Of a stretch of 64,000 nt of DNA, positions 1-11,472 are shown one piece after another (the first letter of the stretch is position 1; the number at the start of each line of letters is the position of its first letter). The DNA is taken from NCBI RefSeq assembly GCF_009834535.1, contig NC_045696.1, positions 97,466,001-97,530,000 of the forward strand. The letters run 5' to 3'. Below the pieces are notes generated by a model. The model saw only the letters and a list, made by a program, of their open reading frames with translations, was not told the DNA's origin and ran no database searches. This DNA comes from Camelus ferus. Its lineage: Eukaryota. The position numbers were made by a program, and so were the translations under genes.

Positions 1-779
1 TAACTTGGCTTTTTGACCACCCTTCCTTGACCATTCCATTCTATTTCTCCCTATTCCCTACCTTCACTGCCCCGCGCCCTTTCAGGTCCTGAGATCACAG
101 GGAAGAAATGCTATATCAGATTGGCATAATATTGTACCTATTTGTAAATTCATTCCAGCATTCCTTATTCCTTATATAGTGGACATTTTTTCAATAATGT
201 ATGAATAAAAACTTCTTCAGAAAATGCCATTTTTGTTGATTTGCAACTTATAGTCTAAGCAAAAATTGTGCTCTCTCTGCAAATGCTGCTTCAAGACCTA
301 GCTAACAAGTTTAAGGACTTGTGCTCTTCTGTGTCCCAGAGGCTATTTCAATTTCAGTCAGATGTGAGGGATGAGGTTGACACAGAGAGCAGAGGTGAAA
401 AACTCTTTCAATTTTCACTTGGAGACTTGGAGCATAGAAAGTTGTCTCGATCCCTACATATAACAATAGATGTGAAGTCTTTCTCTGCCTCTCTCTCTTT
501 AACCGCACCCCTCCTCCTCCACCACCATGAATGTAAGATTTGAAGAGTCGTATTCCTATCAATCAGCAATTCTGTAGTCTCTCATATTTGAACCAGAGAA
601 GGTAAGAAGAGCATGTTGAAAAGGAACCAAATTCTCAAACTGCTCTCAACACATAAAAATAAAGACATTGTTCTGAACCCTGCAAGCATCGGTCATTGTC
701 ATCTTCATCATCATCTTTATCCTAATTTATAATCACTCACAGAACTTGTTACAAATCTTCAGCTTTAAGCCTGCTGTGT

Positions 780-1165
780 AGAATGATGGGTTTTGGAGCA
801 GATCATCAAGGGATGACCTTCCTCTTCCAGCTCTGTCACTGGCTTGTAACGTAATCTTTGGAGCTTCGATTCTTCATCTGTACAAACGATGACCCACGCT
901 GTTCAAACGACCCATCTGTACGAACGATATCATGGCAGTTGAGCGCATTAAATGAGATAAATCAAGTAAGATAGCATATAGAAAAGCTCTGTGCAAGCTA
1001 ATAGCTTTATAAAAGTTACTTTCAGTTGCTTAACCTCTCAGTTTCCTTATCTCTAATGGTAACAATAACGGTACTTACCTCACAGGGTTCTTGTGAATAA
1101 GTTAATATGTTAAATACAAGAGCCGTTCCTGGCATAGTGCTTAACACAGTTAGCTATTTATATTA
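780..1165 (+). mobile_element. MIR SINE fragments (two adjacent, decayed)
   Basis: MIR core-like text cttaacctctcagtttccttatct...acctcacagggttcttgtgaa...cctggcatagtgct; recognised by eye, boundaries approximate. Confidence 0.6.
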
Positions 1166-1432
1166 TTAATGTAAGCGCCACAAACGGGCGTGTCGATATT
1201 TAAATTTTTCATCTTCCACAGAGCATAGCGTGTTACGCCCACATCTGACTTGCGAACTCGGTCTTCTGACCCCAGCATGCACAGCGGAACGCGTTTGAGT
1301 GAGGACGGCGGTAGGCCGGAACCCAAAGCTTGAGACGCTGAGGCGCCGGATCCTCTTTACGCTTGGACACAGGCCCCGGAAGTGGCGAGGGCGGGGTCAG
1401 CGCTGCCGGGTGAGATCAGCGGCCCAGCAAAG

Positions 1433-1499
1433 ATGCTGCTGGACCTGTCGGAGGAGCATAAGGAGCACCTGGCCTTCCTGCCGCAAGTGGACAGCGCGG
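1433..1499 (+). CDS. COMMD2: COMM domain-containing protein 2, coding exon 1 (MLLDLSEEHKEHLAFLPQVDSA)
   Basis: ATG 1433 in aagATGc context; translation matches the recalled COMMD2 N-terminus; donor G|GTCAGG at 1500. Confidence 0.96.
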
Positions 1500-1594
1500 G
1501 TCAGGGGCCGCGGCGGCGGAGGGTGGTGGTCTGCGGTCTGGGGAGGGGGTCGGAGGAGCGCTTGGCGCTCATGGTCTCCTGGCTTCCGTTGCAG

Positions 1595-1672
1595 TGGTCG
1601 CCGAGTTTGGGCGAATTGCGGTGGAGTTCCTGAGACGAGGCTCGAACCCCAAGATCTACGAAGGCGCTGCCA
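1595..1672 (+). CDS. COMMD2: COMMD2 coding exon 2 (VVAEFGRIAVEFLRRGSNPKIYEGAA)
   Basis: Acceptor ttccgttgcag| and donor A|GTAAGA; phase 1 to phase 1 keeps the frame. Confidence 0.96.
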
Positions 1673-2323
1673 GTAAGATGGGGAGAGGCGCAGCCCCGCC
1701 AACTGCGTGGGGAAGGGCGGGCCATTCTCTGTCGCCCTGGAAAGGGTTATTGCGATTCTAAGGGTCTTACTCGCATTGTGGCAGAATAAAACCAGAAGCG
1801 CTCTTCAGTCAGGGCGTAAATCCTGTTGTCCTCTAAGTATTGTGAGTTTTTTTAAAGCTTGTTTTAAGTTGATTTTCCCACGTGTATCATCTGCCAGAGA
1901 TATGATGCTTAAATTCACCCAAGTGTGTAGAATAGATGGGTGAACCATAAATATGCAAGTGTTTAGTTATTATTAGTTCAGACTAATGTTGTACTTTTGC
2001 TTAGGTATTTTACCCCCGGGACGGACGAGGGGTGGTTTTTGACATTGACCTTTCTGCCAGGCTTGAAACAGCTGCCCTCTCAAAGAAGGACCGTACCCCT
2101 GATATTGTCTCCAGGGGTCTGCATTTTGTAGAAAAGGTTATGTGGTGGGAAATACTGAAGGCATTTGGCTGGGAGTGGAGAATGAACAAGAGGCTGTTAC
2201 CAACTCATTAGTTTTTATTGCAATGTTTGAAAACATGGAATAATGGGTAATATTTATTCTTAAGAGTTTGAATAAAAGAAAAAATGCCACATAATTTATT
2301 TGCTCATTTTCCCTCTTTTTCAG

Positions 2324-2406
2324 GAAAACTCAGTGTGAGTAGTGACACAGTCCAACATGGTGTGGAAGGATTAATATACCTCCTCACTGAAAGCTCAAAG
2401 CTCATG
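2324..2406 (+). CDS. COMMD2: COMMD2 coding exon 3 (RKLSVSSDTVQHGVEGLIYLLTESSKLM)
   Basis: Acceptor ttccctctttttcag| and donor ATG|GTAAGG; peptide visible in ORF 2284..2520. Confidence 0.96.
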
Positions 2407-2921
2407 GTAAGGGCTTTTGTGCACTGTTTTGTATTACTGGGACCGTATAAATGTTCAGTATACTCTACATCAGTCCAGGCAGGATTTGCTTATTTCAATA
2501 ATGTTATTATTGGATTATAATTGGTTTAGGGAAGCCCTGCCTAAACAATTTGACTATAATGTGATGCTGGTGTGAATACCTCTTATTAGGATAAATTAGA
2601 ATTGCCTCTAATTCTGCATGTTATTTAAGCATCTACTATAGTATGTATCCTAAGAGAAGGGAGAATGAAATGATTTAATTTCTGTATATTAGCAGTATCT
2701 GGCTTGTTGGAGAATAGGAGAGAAAACTGGGCATTTTTGCAATTCTTTTTATACTTTAATAAAGTATTTTTTTCCTCTTTTTTTAAGTTATGATTTTCCC
2801 CTTAATACTAGCTGAGGGATCTTTTACCAGTCTTTGTTTCTGTATGCTCTTGATAGAAAAAAATGTTTGAAAAATTACAACTGGCTACATGGGGTGGACT
2901 TAATTTACATATTATCCCTTC

Positions 2922-3095
2922 TAGTATTTCTCAAACTTGCCTTTTTGTGTGGGTCACATGTGACCCTTGTTAACATTCCTGATTCCTACCTCAAAGCTAT
3001 TGAATCAGGCTTTCCAGGGGAGGGGCTTGAGAATTAATATTTTTTGAAGGTGCTTCAGATGATTCTTAAGATCAGGTAAACTTGAGAAACTACAC
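2922..3095. mobile_element. MER5-like hAT-Charlie MITE
   Basis: Imperfect terminal inverted repeats (gtatttctcaaactt ... aaacttgagaaactac) and internal tgaatcag / gatgattct motifs. Confidence 0.55.
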
Positions 3096-4104
3096 TAGAT
3101 TCTCATCATTTTGATAGTGAATTCTAAGTCTGGAAGTGATAAAAGATGCACTGTGGCTTACCTGAGTTATGACATTTTCAACCTAAAAATTAGATTGAGT
3201 GGTTATGAACAACTGCATAGAAATATTTTTTATAGATCCCTTTTGTCAGGCTTCCTAAAATGTTACACATACAGGTGGTCCATAACAAATGCTTTGTCCC
3301 ATAAATCCATGTTCCATTAATTGATATGAGGAACTCATTTTTTGCGGCCCTAAATGATCCTTTCTGACCCTGTCCAGAGCTTTCGAAGCAGCTCCCCTCC
3401 TGAGAATGGATCTCTAACTTCCTGTTCTTCAGTTGAATCCTCTGGTAGACCACTTGGTGTGATTGGTCAACTAACCTAACCTGCCTGGCCCCAAGGACTG
3501 TAAGCTCCTCCATGAAGGCAATGAGCCCATTTGTTTTGTTCAGCTCTGTCTCCTTAGCACAGTACCTATCCGATAAGAGGATCTCAGAAAATATTTGTTG
3601 AAGGGATAAAATCCCCAAGCCTATGCTATTATAAACGAGCCACAAAGATGACCTTCATTGTCTGATCTCACGTGGTAGCACAGAAACAAGTCTAAGGACA
3701 TTAATAAACTTGAAAAAAAAAAAGGGTGGTGTGCATAAATTAGAAAAGAGCAAGGGAAGTAGAGTGTTAAAGTGGCTGAGGTGAATACAATGAAAGGGAG
3801 AGGAACGAAGAGAAAAACTGTACTTTCTCTACCTTTTTATCCCCTCCCCACTTCAGTCATCCAACAAGAAAGTAAAAGCAAGGCTGCTGTTGGCAGCTTC
3901 CTTTTAACCTAACAAGGGTCAGTGCTATGTTAGGACTGCTTGGTTCCCAATAACACCATCCCATTGGATAGCCAAAAACTGTCCCCTTGCCCTTCTCTCC
4001 CACTTCATTTCCTGGCCAAATATATGATTTCTCTGTGTCCAGTCAGCATCTGAGTATCCTACTAGGATTCACCCAAACCAGAAGCCCTCATTCTCTCACT
4101 AAGG

Positions 4105-5060
4105 CTTTTTTTTTTTCAAACCTTTTGACCCCGTTTGCCTATTTCTGCCACCTCCTACCCGCTGCTTCTGGCAACCACCTGTCTGTTCTCTGTTTCCATG
4201 AGTTTGGTGGTTTTGTTTTTATTTTTGTTTTTAGTTGTGACATGTAAGAGAGATCATACAGTATTTGTCTTTCTCTGTCTGGCTTAATTCATCTAGCATA
4301 ATACCCTCAAGGCCCATCCATGTTGTTTCAAATGGCAAGATTTCATTCCTTTTTATGGCTAAGTAATATTCCATTGTGTATATATACCACAATTTCTATG
4401 TCTGTTCATCTATCAGTAGATACTTTGTTTCCGTATCTTAGCCATTGAAAATAGTTCTGCAGTGACCATGGGTGTGCATGCATCTTTTCAAGTTTGTGTT
4501 TTTGTTTTCTTTGGATAAATACCCAGAAATGGAATTGCTAGATTACATGGTGGTTCTATTTTTCATTTTTGAGGAACCTCTATAGTGCTTTCCATAGTGG
4601 CTGCACCAATTTACATTCCCACCAACAGTGTACAAGAGTTCCCTCTTTTCCACATCCCTACCAACACTTGTTGTTTATTGTCTTTTTGATAATAGCCATT
4701 CCAACAGGTGTGCAGTGTTATGTCATTGTGGTTTTGATTTGCATTTCCCTGATGATTAATGATGTTGAGCATCTTTTCATGTGCCTATTGGCCATCTCTG
4801 TGTGTTCTTTGGAAAATGTCTATTCAGATCTTCTGCCCATTATTTAATGGGATTCGTTTTTTTGTTATTGTTGTTTTGCTGTTGAGTGGTATGAGTTCTT
4901 TATATTTGTTGGATATTAACCCTTTATCAGATATATGATTTGCAAATATTTTCTCTCATTCAGCAGGTAGCCTTTTTATTTTGTTCATGCTTTCCTTTGC
5001 TGTGCAGAAGCTTTTTAATTTGAAGTAGTCCCACTTGTTTATTTCTGGATTTGTTGCTTA
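4105..5060 (-). mobile_element. LINE-1 3' fragment (L1MA-like) in COMMD2 intron 3
   Basis: Antisense L1 ORF2-end/3'UTR text (ccatagtggctgcaccaatttacattcccaccaacagtg; gtggttttgatttgcatttccctgatg). Confidence 0.9.
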
Positions 5061-5254
5061 TTTTTACTTTTATGTATCACAAATTCAGAATTTGGAATAG
5101 TGGGCAAGGGTTGCCTTTAACTAAGGAGTGTTGTTTCTTTTACCAGACAAAAAAGGATTAGGGGATATCATATTTTTTTGTGTATGTCAAGTATTTCAGC
5201 ATTTACTAGACAAAAATAAATTTTGATGTTCCATCAAACTTGATTCACTTTTAG

Positions 5255-5428
5255 ATTTCTGAACTGGATTTCCAAGACTCCGTCTTTGTTCTGGGATTCT
5301 CTGAAGAATTGAACAAATTATTGCTTCAGCTTTATCTGGACAACAGAAAGGAGATCAGAACTATTCTGAGTGAATTGGCACCAGACCTTCCCAGTTACCA
5401 CAGCCTTGAATGGAGACTAGATGTACAG
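5255..5428 (+). CDS. COMMD2: COMMD2 coding exon 4 (ISELDFQDSVFVLGF...LPSYHSLEWRLDVQ)
   Basis: Acceptor ttcacttttag| and donor CAG|GTGTGA; 174 nt, phase 0; contains the COMM-domain start WRLD. Confidence 0.96.
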
Positions 5429-6509
5429 GTGTGACTTTTCTTTTTTTTAACCTGACATAGAGTATCAGGTTTATTTTTCATTTATGTCCTCAGATTTGTC
5501 TTTGCCACCTTAACCAAACTATGGTTTGAAACTTTAGTTTTTTAATATTCATTTTTAGACCATTTCACAAATAGTTCATTTTCTTTTTTCTTTTCTCACT
5601 TTCTTATTTTTTTAATGTATTCACTTTGATTTAATTCGTGAAGTTTGTAAGAAAAAGCTTATTTTAGAAAAGGAGATAGTTATCCATATTTTTAAAGTGG
5701 TGCTTAGCTTTTTAAAAACTTTTTTGTGTAAATAAAACACATCTGTAAGAAAGTACACAGGTTAGTGTACAGCCCAATGAATTACCATATGGTGAAAACA
5801 GCCATGAAACCAACACTTCTCCATGACCAGTACCTGAGAGCATTCTCCTTGCCTCCTACCAATTACTTCCCTTATCCTCCTTTTCAGAGGTGACCAGCAT
5901 CCTGACTTCTAATGTGCAGATTAGTGTTTCTGGCTCTTTAACTTTCTATATATAGAATGATTCGTAAACATTTTTCTGTGACTTCTTTTACACAACATGA
6001 TTTTTGTGAGATTCAGTTGTTTTTAAAGCCACATAAATAACCAAAAGGGAGTATTCAAATTATTGCATGCAGTCCTTTATCAAGCAGTGACAGATAAGTT
6101 AATAGTGTTTATTGAATGTCATCCATTCACTGACTAGAGCTGTGCTAAATGCTTTGGGACACAAAAGAAATGTAAGACGCTTTCTCAGCTGGAAATGATG
6201 TTATCTGGTTAGGGGTATTAGATGTTCTTAAAATAACTGGTAATTAAAGATAGTTATGAAATAAGGTTCTGGAGAGTAAAAAAAGAATATAATTGTATAA
6301 ATGAAGGTACAACTGAGTATTTTGGAAAAGCTATAGCTCAGGTGGTTCAGTGTCCACTTGCACGATCAGAAAAGCTTCAAGAAAAGGAAGTAAAATTTCA
6401 GAAAGATGAGTGGTTAGAGAAAACCAGGGTAATATTCTTGACAGAGGAGACAGCATAAGTTGTAAAGGCCCACATGGATATGGGATTGAACAAATGAATA
6501 CGTGGTATA

Positions 6510-6695
6510 GCACCTTAGTTCCCAAACTTGACTGCACATTTGAATGACCTGGGAGCTTTAAAAAGTTCTGATGTTATGTTCTACTCCAGAGGCTCTGGTT
6601 TATCGATATGGAATTTGGCCTGGGTGTAAGGACTTTTAAAATCTCCTCTGTCACCCAGGTAATTCTAATGTGCAGTAAAGTTTGTAAACTGCTAT
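6510..6695. mobile_element. MER5A-like hAT MITE
   Basis: cccaaacttgactgcacatttgaatgacctgggagcttt ... aattctaatgtgcagtaaagtttg. Confidence 0.65.
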
Positions 6696-6783
6696 AATAC
6701 TGGATTTGAATGGTCCAAATAGGTTATAGAAGTTCAGTTAGAGGAGTTTAGCAGTTATGATCCAATGTGTTGAGTGCTTGAAA

Positions 6784-6803
6784 ATATATATATATATATA
6801 TAT
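6784..6803. repeat. (AT)n microsatellite
   Basis: About 10 AT units read directly. Confidence 0.9.
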
Positions 6804-6827
6804 AAACACAGGAGATGATATAAACCA

Positions 6828-6925
6828 GATTATAGGCTCCATGAGGGCAGGTACTGTATCTTATTCACTACTGTGTCCCCAAGACAGTGCCTGACACATA
6901 ATAGGCATTCAGTGCTAAATATAAA
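6828..6925 (+). mobile_element. L2 3' end fragment
   Basis: aggctccatgagggcagg...cagtgcctgacacataataggcattca, typical L2 terminus. Confidence 0.7.
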
Positions 6926-7742
6926 TTGGTGGGGAGGGGGTGGTGGCAACTTCTTAAATTGTTTATCAGATATTTCTTGTACACCTGTCATGTGCCAAGC
7001 AATGTAGATACAGCAGAAACTTGACACAGTTTATGCTCTTGGAGACCTCCTAAGTGGCAAATCCTGTGGGGCTGGCAGGGAGGAGGTGATCACTATGGTT
7101 AAACCTTTTTATTTAGGCCCTCTCATAATAAGTAGGTGGAGGAGCCTAGGGGATGGTCATTTCATGAAGTTCAGCAGTCATTTATCTTGTACGTCTCTTG
7201 TATGGCGGTATCTCCTGACTTTTGTGGTCCAGTAGCCCTTAGAGGTTCTTTTTTTGGCTTTATTGATTTGTTTAGAGTTTTTCCATTATTAAGACATTTT
7301 TAGAAGTTAGAAACTTAAGCAACTGAATTTTCTAAAATTAAACTGGAAAGCTCATTTGCCCAGTGAAATGGGTTTGAATTTCCGTGTTACTGCAAAGACT
7401 GATACAGTGTAATGCTAAGAGTATACTGAGTGAATATTGCCTCATGTGGTGAAATGCATTTAAGGGCTAAAAAAGCTACTCAGAGAACTAATTGATTTCC
7501 TGAGCTTGTTAGTTGAAATATTACAAGAGATTTTTAACTATAGTGGATTTTCTGCTTAAGGCAGGAAGACTTGTCAGATGAAGACCAGATAAGTGGCTAA
7601 GAAACTAGTAACAGACTATAGAACCTTTCATTTTTGAGTAACTGATTCATCTCATGGAGACTGGTAAGTGAATAGACAGTTACCATCGAATTATTGTGCA
7701 GTTGCTTATGGGAAATAAATTAATCATTATATTTTAGTTTCT

Positions 7743-7878
7743 TTTTTAATTAAAACAATTTTTTTGGTGGGAAGGTAATTAGGTATTTATTTATTTGTGA
7801 TGGAGGTTCTGGGGATTGAACCCACAACCTCATGCATGCTAAGCACACGCTCGATCACTGAGCTGTACCCTCCTTCCA
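7743..7878 (-). mobile_element. tRNA-derived camelid-type SINE (vic-1-like)
   Basis: Reverse complement reads ggagggtacagctcagtgatcgagcgtgtgcttagcatgcatgaggttgtgggttcaatccccag plus A-rich tail; direct repeats tttagtttct at 7733-7742 and 7883-7892. Confidence 0.85.
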
Positions 7879-8989
7879 GTAGTTTAGTTTCTAACAGAAA
7901 CATTTCCCATACTTCATAAATTGCCAGTGCAAGTAATGCCCTTGTTAATAGCATCAGTGAATTGAATGCATCTGAGACTGATGCAGGAGAATGTTACCTT
8001 TGAGGCTGACCCATTTAAAGTTGTTGCTGTTATTTTTACAGGGAGAAGGACAGAGTTTCATCCCCATTAAAAATAAGTCCATGTCAAGAGTTTTGTGGGC
8101 TGCTATTCTTTATCCTGTAGTAATGTGATTCATATTTTTTTCTGAAGAGAAATTAGGCATAATTATATCTCAGTAGGTATTTGTAAGGGTTGTTATATAA
8201 TCTTCAGACATTTTAAAGAATGGTATAGATACTAATCTGTAAAGGTTATTAAGTTAAATATCATGTTGTCTAAAACTTAGAGATTAAATTTTGAGTGACC
8301 TTTAGTCTTTCAACAAAAAATTTATGGCTTAATTACACAGGTAGATGCATTTGGTATCTGTCAGTGCAGCTATTAAAAAAAAAACTATAAACAGTGCATA
8401 ATTGAAGAAGCAGTATTTTTAGTCATCATATTTATAGTTTGCATACCTGTCTTCTCTAGAGGCTTCTGTACTAGAGAGATGATCTTAAAAGTACTTAACA
8501 AGTACTTATTTTATGTCTGGGGACTAGCTCACCCAAAGGGATTGACCTATTATTTCCAGATTATTTTGAAACATTCCATTTCAGCCTTGGATCTGTATCT
8601 TGGGTTCTTTTGGAAGCCTAGATCACCTAGAATTAATTGGAAAAAGTTATTAGTCTGAATATTCTATGTTGTAGTACTCAAATAATCCTGAAATCTCAGG
8701 TTTAGATTCGTTATTCACCTGGGAATCTCTTCAAGTTGGCTTCTTGTCCTTCTGATGTGACTACAGTAGTTTTAAATAACAGTCTTGCTTTCTCGTGTAA
8801 CAAGGTGTTTCAGGCTCATCATGTACAATTCCTGTCCCAGACCTCTGATCAGCTATTACTTCGAGGAGGTCCTGATTCCTTTTAAGAGGGAATGGTCTTT
8901 AGAGAACATGATCCGGTGCTAGAATTAAACACCATCGCTTCCAAGTTGGTTATTGTTTCTAGTGGTTTTTTTTTTTCTTTTTAAAATTG

Positions 8990-10040
8990 TCAATAGTGTT
9001 TATTTTTTTAATTTTGTAATATATAATGCAGACAAAAGATTATAGCTTAAATAACAATAATAAAACAAGTACCCATTGCCAAGCTTAAGAAATAGAGCAA
9101 AACCAGTACCTTTGAATCACTCTCCCCGAGTTATAATCCCCTTCCAGCTCCATAGGGATAACCATTATCCTGAATTTTCTATTCATCTTTTCTTTATATA
9201 TATTTTTAACATAAATTTTTTCACTAAACTGTATGTTTTTAGATTTTCATGTATTCTTCTGAAGCTTGCTTTTTTGATTGAACATTTGCTTTTTAGATTT
9301 ATTCATGACAACTTATTTTGCTGTAGTTCATTTCTTTTCACTGTCATTTAGTGAACGTTTCATTGTATGAATGTTCTCAATTTATCCATTCTGTTGTTAG
9401 AGAATATTTGAGATATGTCTAACTTTTGGCTCTTGGAAACAAATACTATTATGAATATGTGTATATGTGTCAGAGTTTAAGGTATACACCTAGGAGTGGA
9501 ATTGCTGACTTTCCAGAATGATTCTCTCATCACTCTCAGCAGCAGTGGATGAGAGTTTTCATTACTGTCACTTTACAGTACTCCATGTAGACAGGTTTCT
9601 AATTCTTGCCAGTCTGATAAATAGTACTTTATGATTTTATTGGCCACTTTCCTGATTTCTAGTAAAGTTGGACATATTTTCCAATGTTTATTTGTGTTAC
9701 TTCTGCAAAATGTTTGTGTAGGTCTTCTGCACAATTTTCTCTTGGTTTTGTTGGCTTTTCTTATTAAATTAGAGCAGTTCATACGTTCTTGATACTCACT
9801 TTTTTTGGTTGTATATGTTACAAAATAATCTCAGTTTGCAGCTTTAAATTATTAAAATTTTAATAATTTTAATGTAGTTAAATTTATCGGGTTTTTCTTT
9901 ATGTTTTGTATGTTTAATATCACATTTAGAAAATGCTTCCATACTGTAAGGTTACATATACATTCTAATTTCTTTTTCCTTTCCAAAATTTTAAAGTTTA
10001 CTTTTCATTTTGAAGTCTGATTCATGTGAAATTTTATTTT
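8990..10040 (-). mobile_element. Old L1M fragment in COMMD2 intron 4
   Basis: Degenerate antisense L1 text (tatacacctaggagtggaattgctg; cagcagtggatgagagtt). Confidence 0.7.
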
Positions 10041-10123
10041 TTATATATAGTATAATGTAATAATTATACGTTCAGCATGCTTAATAAGTAGTTGTTATAC
10101 TCTTAATTCCATTTAAAATCAAG

Positions 10124-10321
10124 CTTGCAAGCAGAAGCCTCAGGCAGCAGATTAAACCATCAGTGACTATAAAGCTGCACCTTAATCAGAATGGAGATCA
10201 CAACACCCAAGTTCTGCAGACAGACCCAGCCACCCTGCTCCATTTGGTTCAGCAGCTGGAACAAGCATTGGAGGAAATGAAAACAAACCACTGCAGAAGA
10301 GTTGTGCGCAATATCAAGTAG
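10124..10321 (+). CDS. COMMD2: COMMD2 coding exon 5, last (LASRSLRQQIKPSVTIKL...NHCRRVVRNIK*)
   Basis: Acceptor aatcaag|, stop TAG 10319-10321; the five exons sum to 67+78+83+174+198 = 600 nt = 199 aa plus stop. Confidence 0.96.
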   Translation, partial: LASRSLRQQIKPSVTIKLHLNQNGDHNTQVLQTDPATLLHLVQQLEQALEEMKTNHCRRVVRNIK

Positions 10322-10682
10322 TCCCAGTTTTAAGGTTTGAATCACTTGTGAATTGATAATATATAAGATACTTTTCAAAATTAATTTTTTATGAATTGAT
10401 AGTGATAAATACATAGAGATTTCATAAAAATTTCTTTTCCCATGTTAAGACATTGAAGTCATGATCAAAAGCTAAGCAGAGTTCCTTTCCTGGTGCTAAA
10501 TGTGGTCGGCTTCTTGACAATCAAGATATATTTTATATTTTCAATGTGTGAATAGGATTGAATCAACTGGAAGTGAATCTATACTCTTTAAATCCTCTGT
10601 ATACATAAATGACTATCCTTTTTTTGATGCTTCTTTTGACTACTTACTTTATTATTTTCCTCCTTATTGACCTAAAATTGAA

Positions 10683-10688
10683 AATAAA
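10683..10688 (+). terminator. COMMD2: Candidate proximal polyadenylation signal AATAAA for COMMD2
   Basis: First canonical hexamer I found after the stop, with T-rich sequence downstream; more hexamers at 11405 and 13077; usage unknown. Confidence 0.45.
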
Positions 10689-11259
10689 ATTCATAATGTA
10701 ATACTATTACTATTCAGAATATTTCTAGACAGTTTAATGTTTTTGACCTTTAAAAGCACTCCATGATATTAATAGCCACAGAATAGTTAAAAGTGAATAT
10801 GAATTTTTTTAAATGCTATATTGTTTAGGCAGTTCATGCATTTTTCTTTGCATATGAAGATAGTTAAGTACTTACCATATTGCTTAAGTTTAAGTTGTCA
10901 TGGCTAATAAGCTTAAATAGTACTCAGATTTTTGTGACTGTATTGCATTTTATCAAGGACTACTTTTTTTCCCTAATACCCAAAGCATCTAAGAGAAAGT
11001 ATAAAGAGGGCAAAGAGAGGCCATGTTTACTACATTCCAAGCAAATATCCCTTCTTCCTTACAAACTTGATTTTTGTTTTCTTTTGTCTTTTAGTAAGTA
11101 ACTAAGCTATTAGCCTGAAACACTCAGATTCTGATGTGTCAGTTCAGCCTCATGGAGTTCAAGGACACAGGGAAACTTAAGGAGACAGGGATGCTTTTAA
11201 AGAGTAGCAGACTTAAAGAGAAAAATCATATGGAAGTGTGGAAATTGGGGTTCAGTCTT

Positions 11260-11472
11260 TTTTTTTTTAAGTATGTTTTGAAATTTATTTTTCAACCATT
11301 TAAAAATAATAATATTTTTTGTTAACATTTGATACAGGTGGTGGTTTCATATAAGCCTCTTATTTTTAGAATTTTTTGTGAATTTGGAATATTTGACAAT
11401 TATAAATAAAATTATTAGGTAGAATGCTTTAAAATGCATTTTTTAAAAATTTTATTTTATTGAGTTATAGTC
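11260..11472 (-). mobile_element. Extremely 5'-truncated L1 with apparent 3'-transduced flank
   Basis: 13-bp direct repeats at 11247-11259 and 11473-11485 (one mismatch); poly-T 11258-11268; L1 terminal remnant 11439-11472. Confidence 0.7.

Larger units (their letters stand above)
1170..1790. promoter_or_regulatory. COMMD2: CpG island / promoter of COMMD2
   Basis: Sharp rise in GC and CpG around exons 1-2; ETS/GABP-type CCGGAAGTG at 1376-1384 next to GC box GGGCGGGG at 1389-1396; no obvious TATA box. Confidence 0.85.

Noticed and set aside
268..562. ORFs of 91 aa (+) and 83 aa (-) upstream of COMMD2
   Set aside because: Non-ATG starts, no recognisable homology and no convincing exon structure; not assignable to a neighbouring gene.
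1382..1432. In-frame GTG giving a 17-aa N-terminal extension of COMMD2
   Set aside because: The GTG lies within the ETS promoter motif, probably at or before the TSS; ATG 1433 matches the known start.
1299..1725. Several overlapping 74-125 aa ORFs on both strands
   Set aside because: Stop-poor GC-rich CpG-island sequence; explained by COMMD2 exons 1-2 and shadow frames.
4569..4847. 92-aa [24 protein letters not shown]...
   Set aside because: Familiar antisense translation of the L1 ORF2 end, not a gene.
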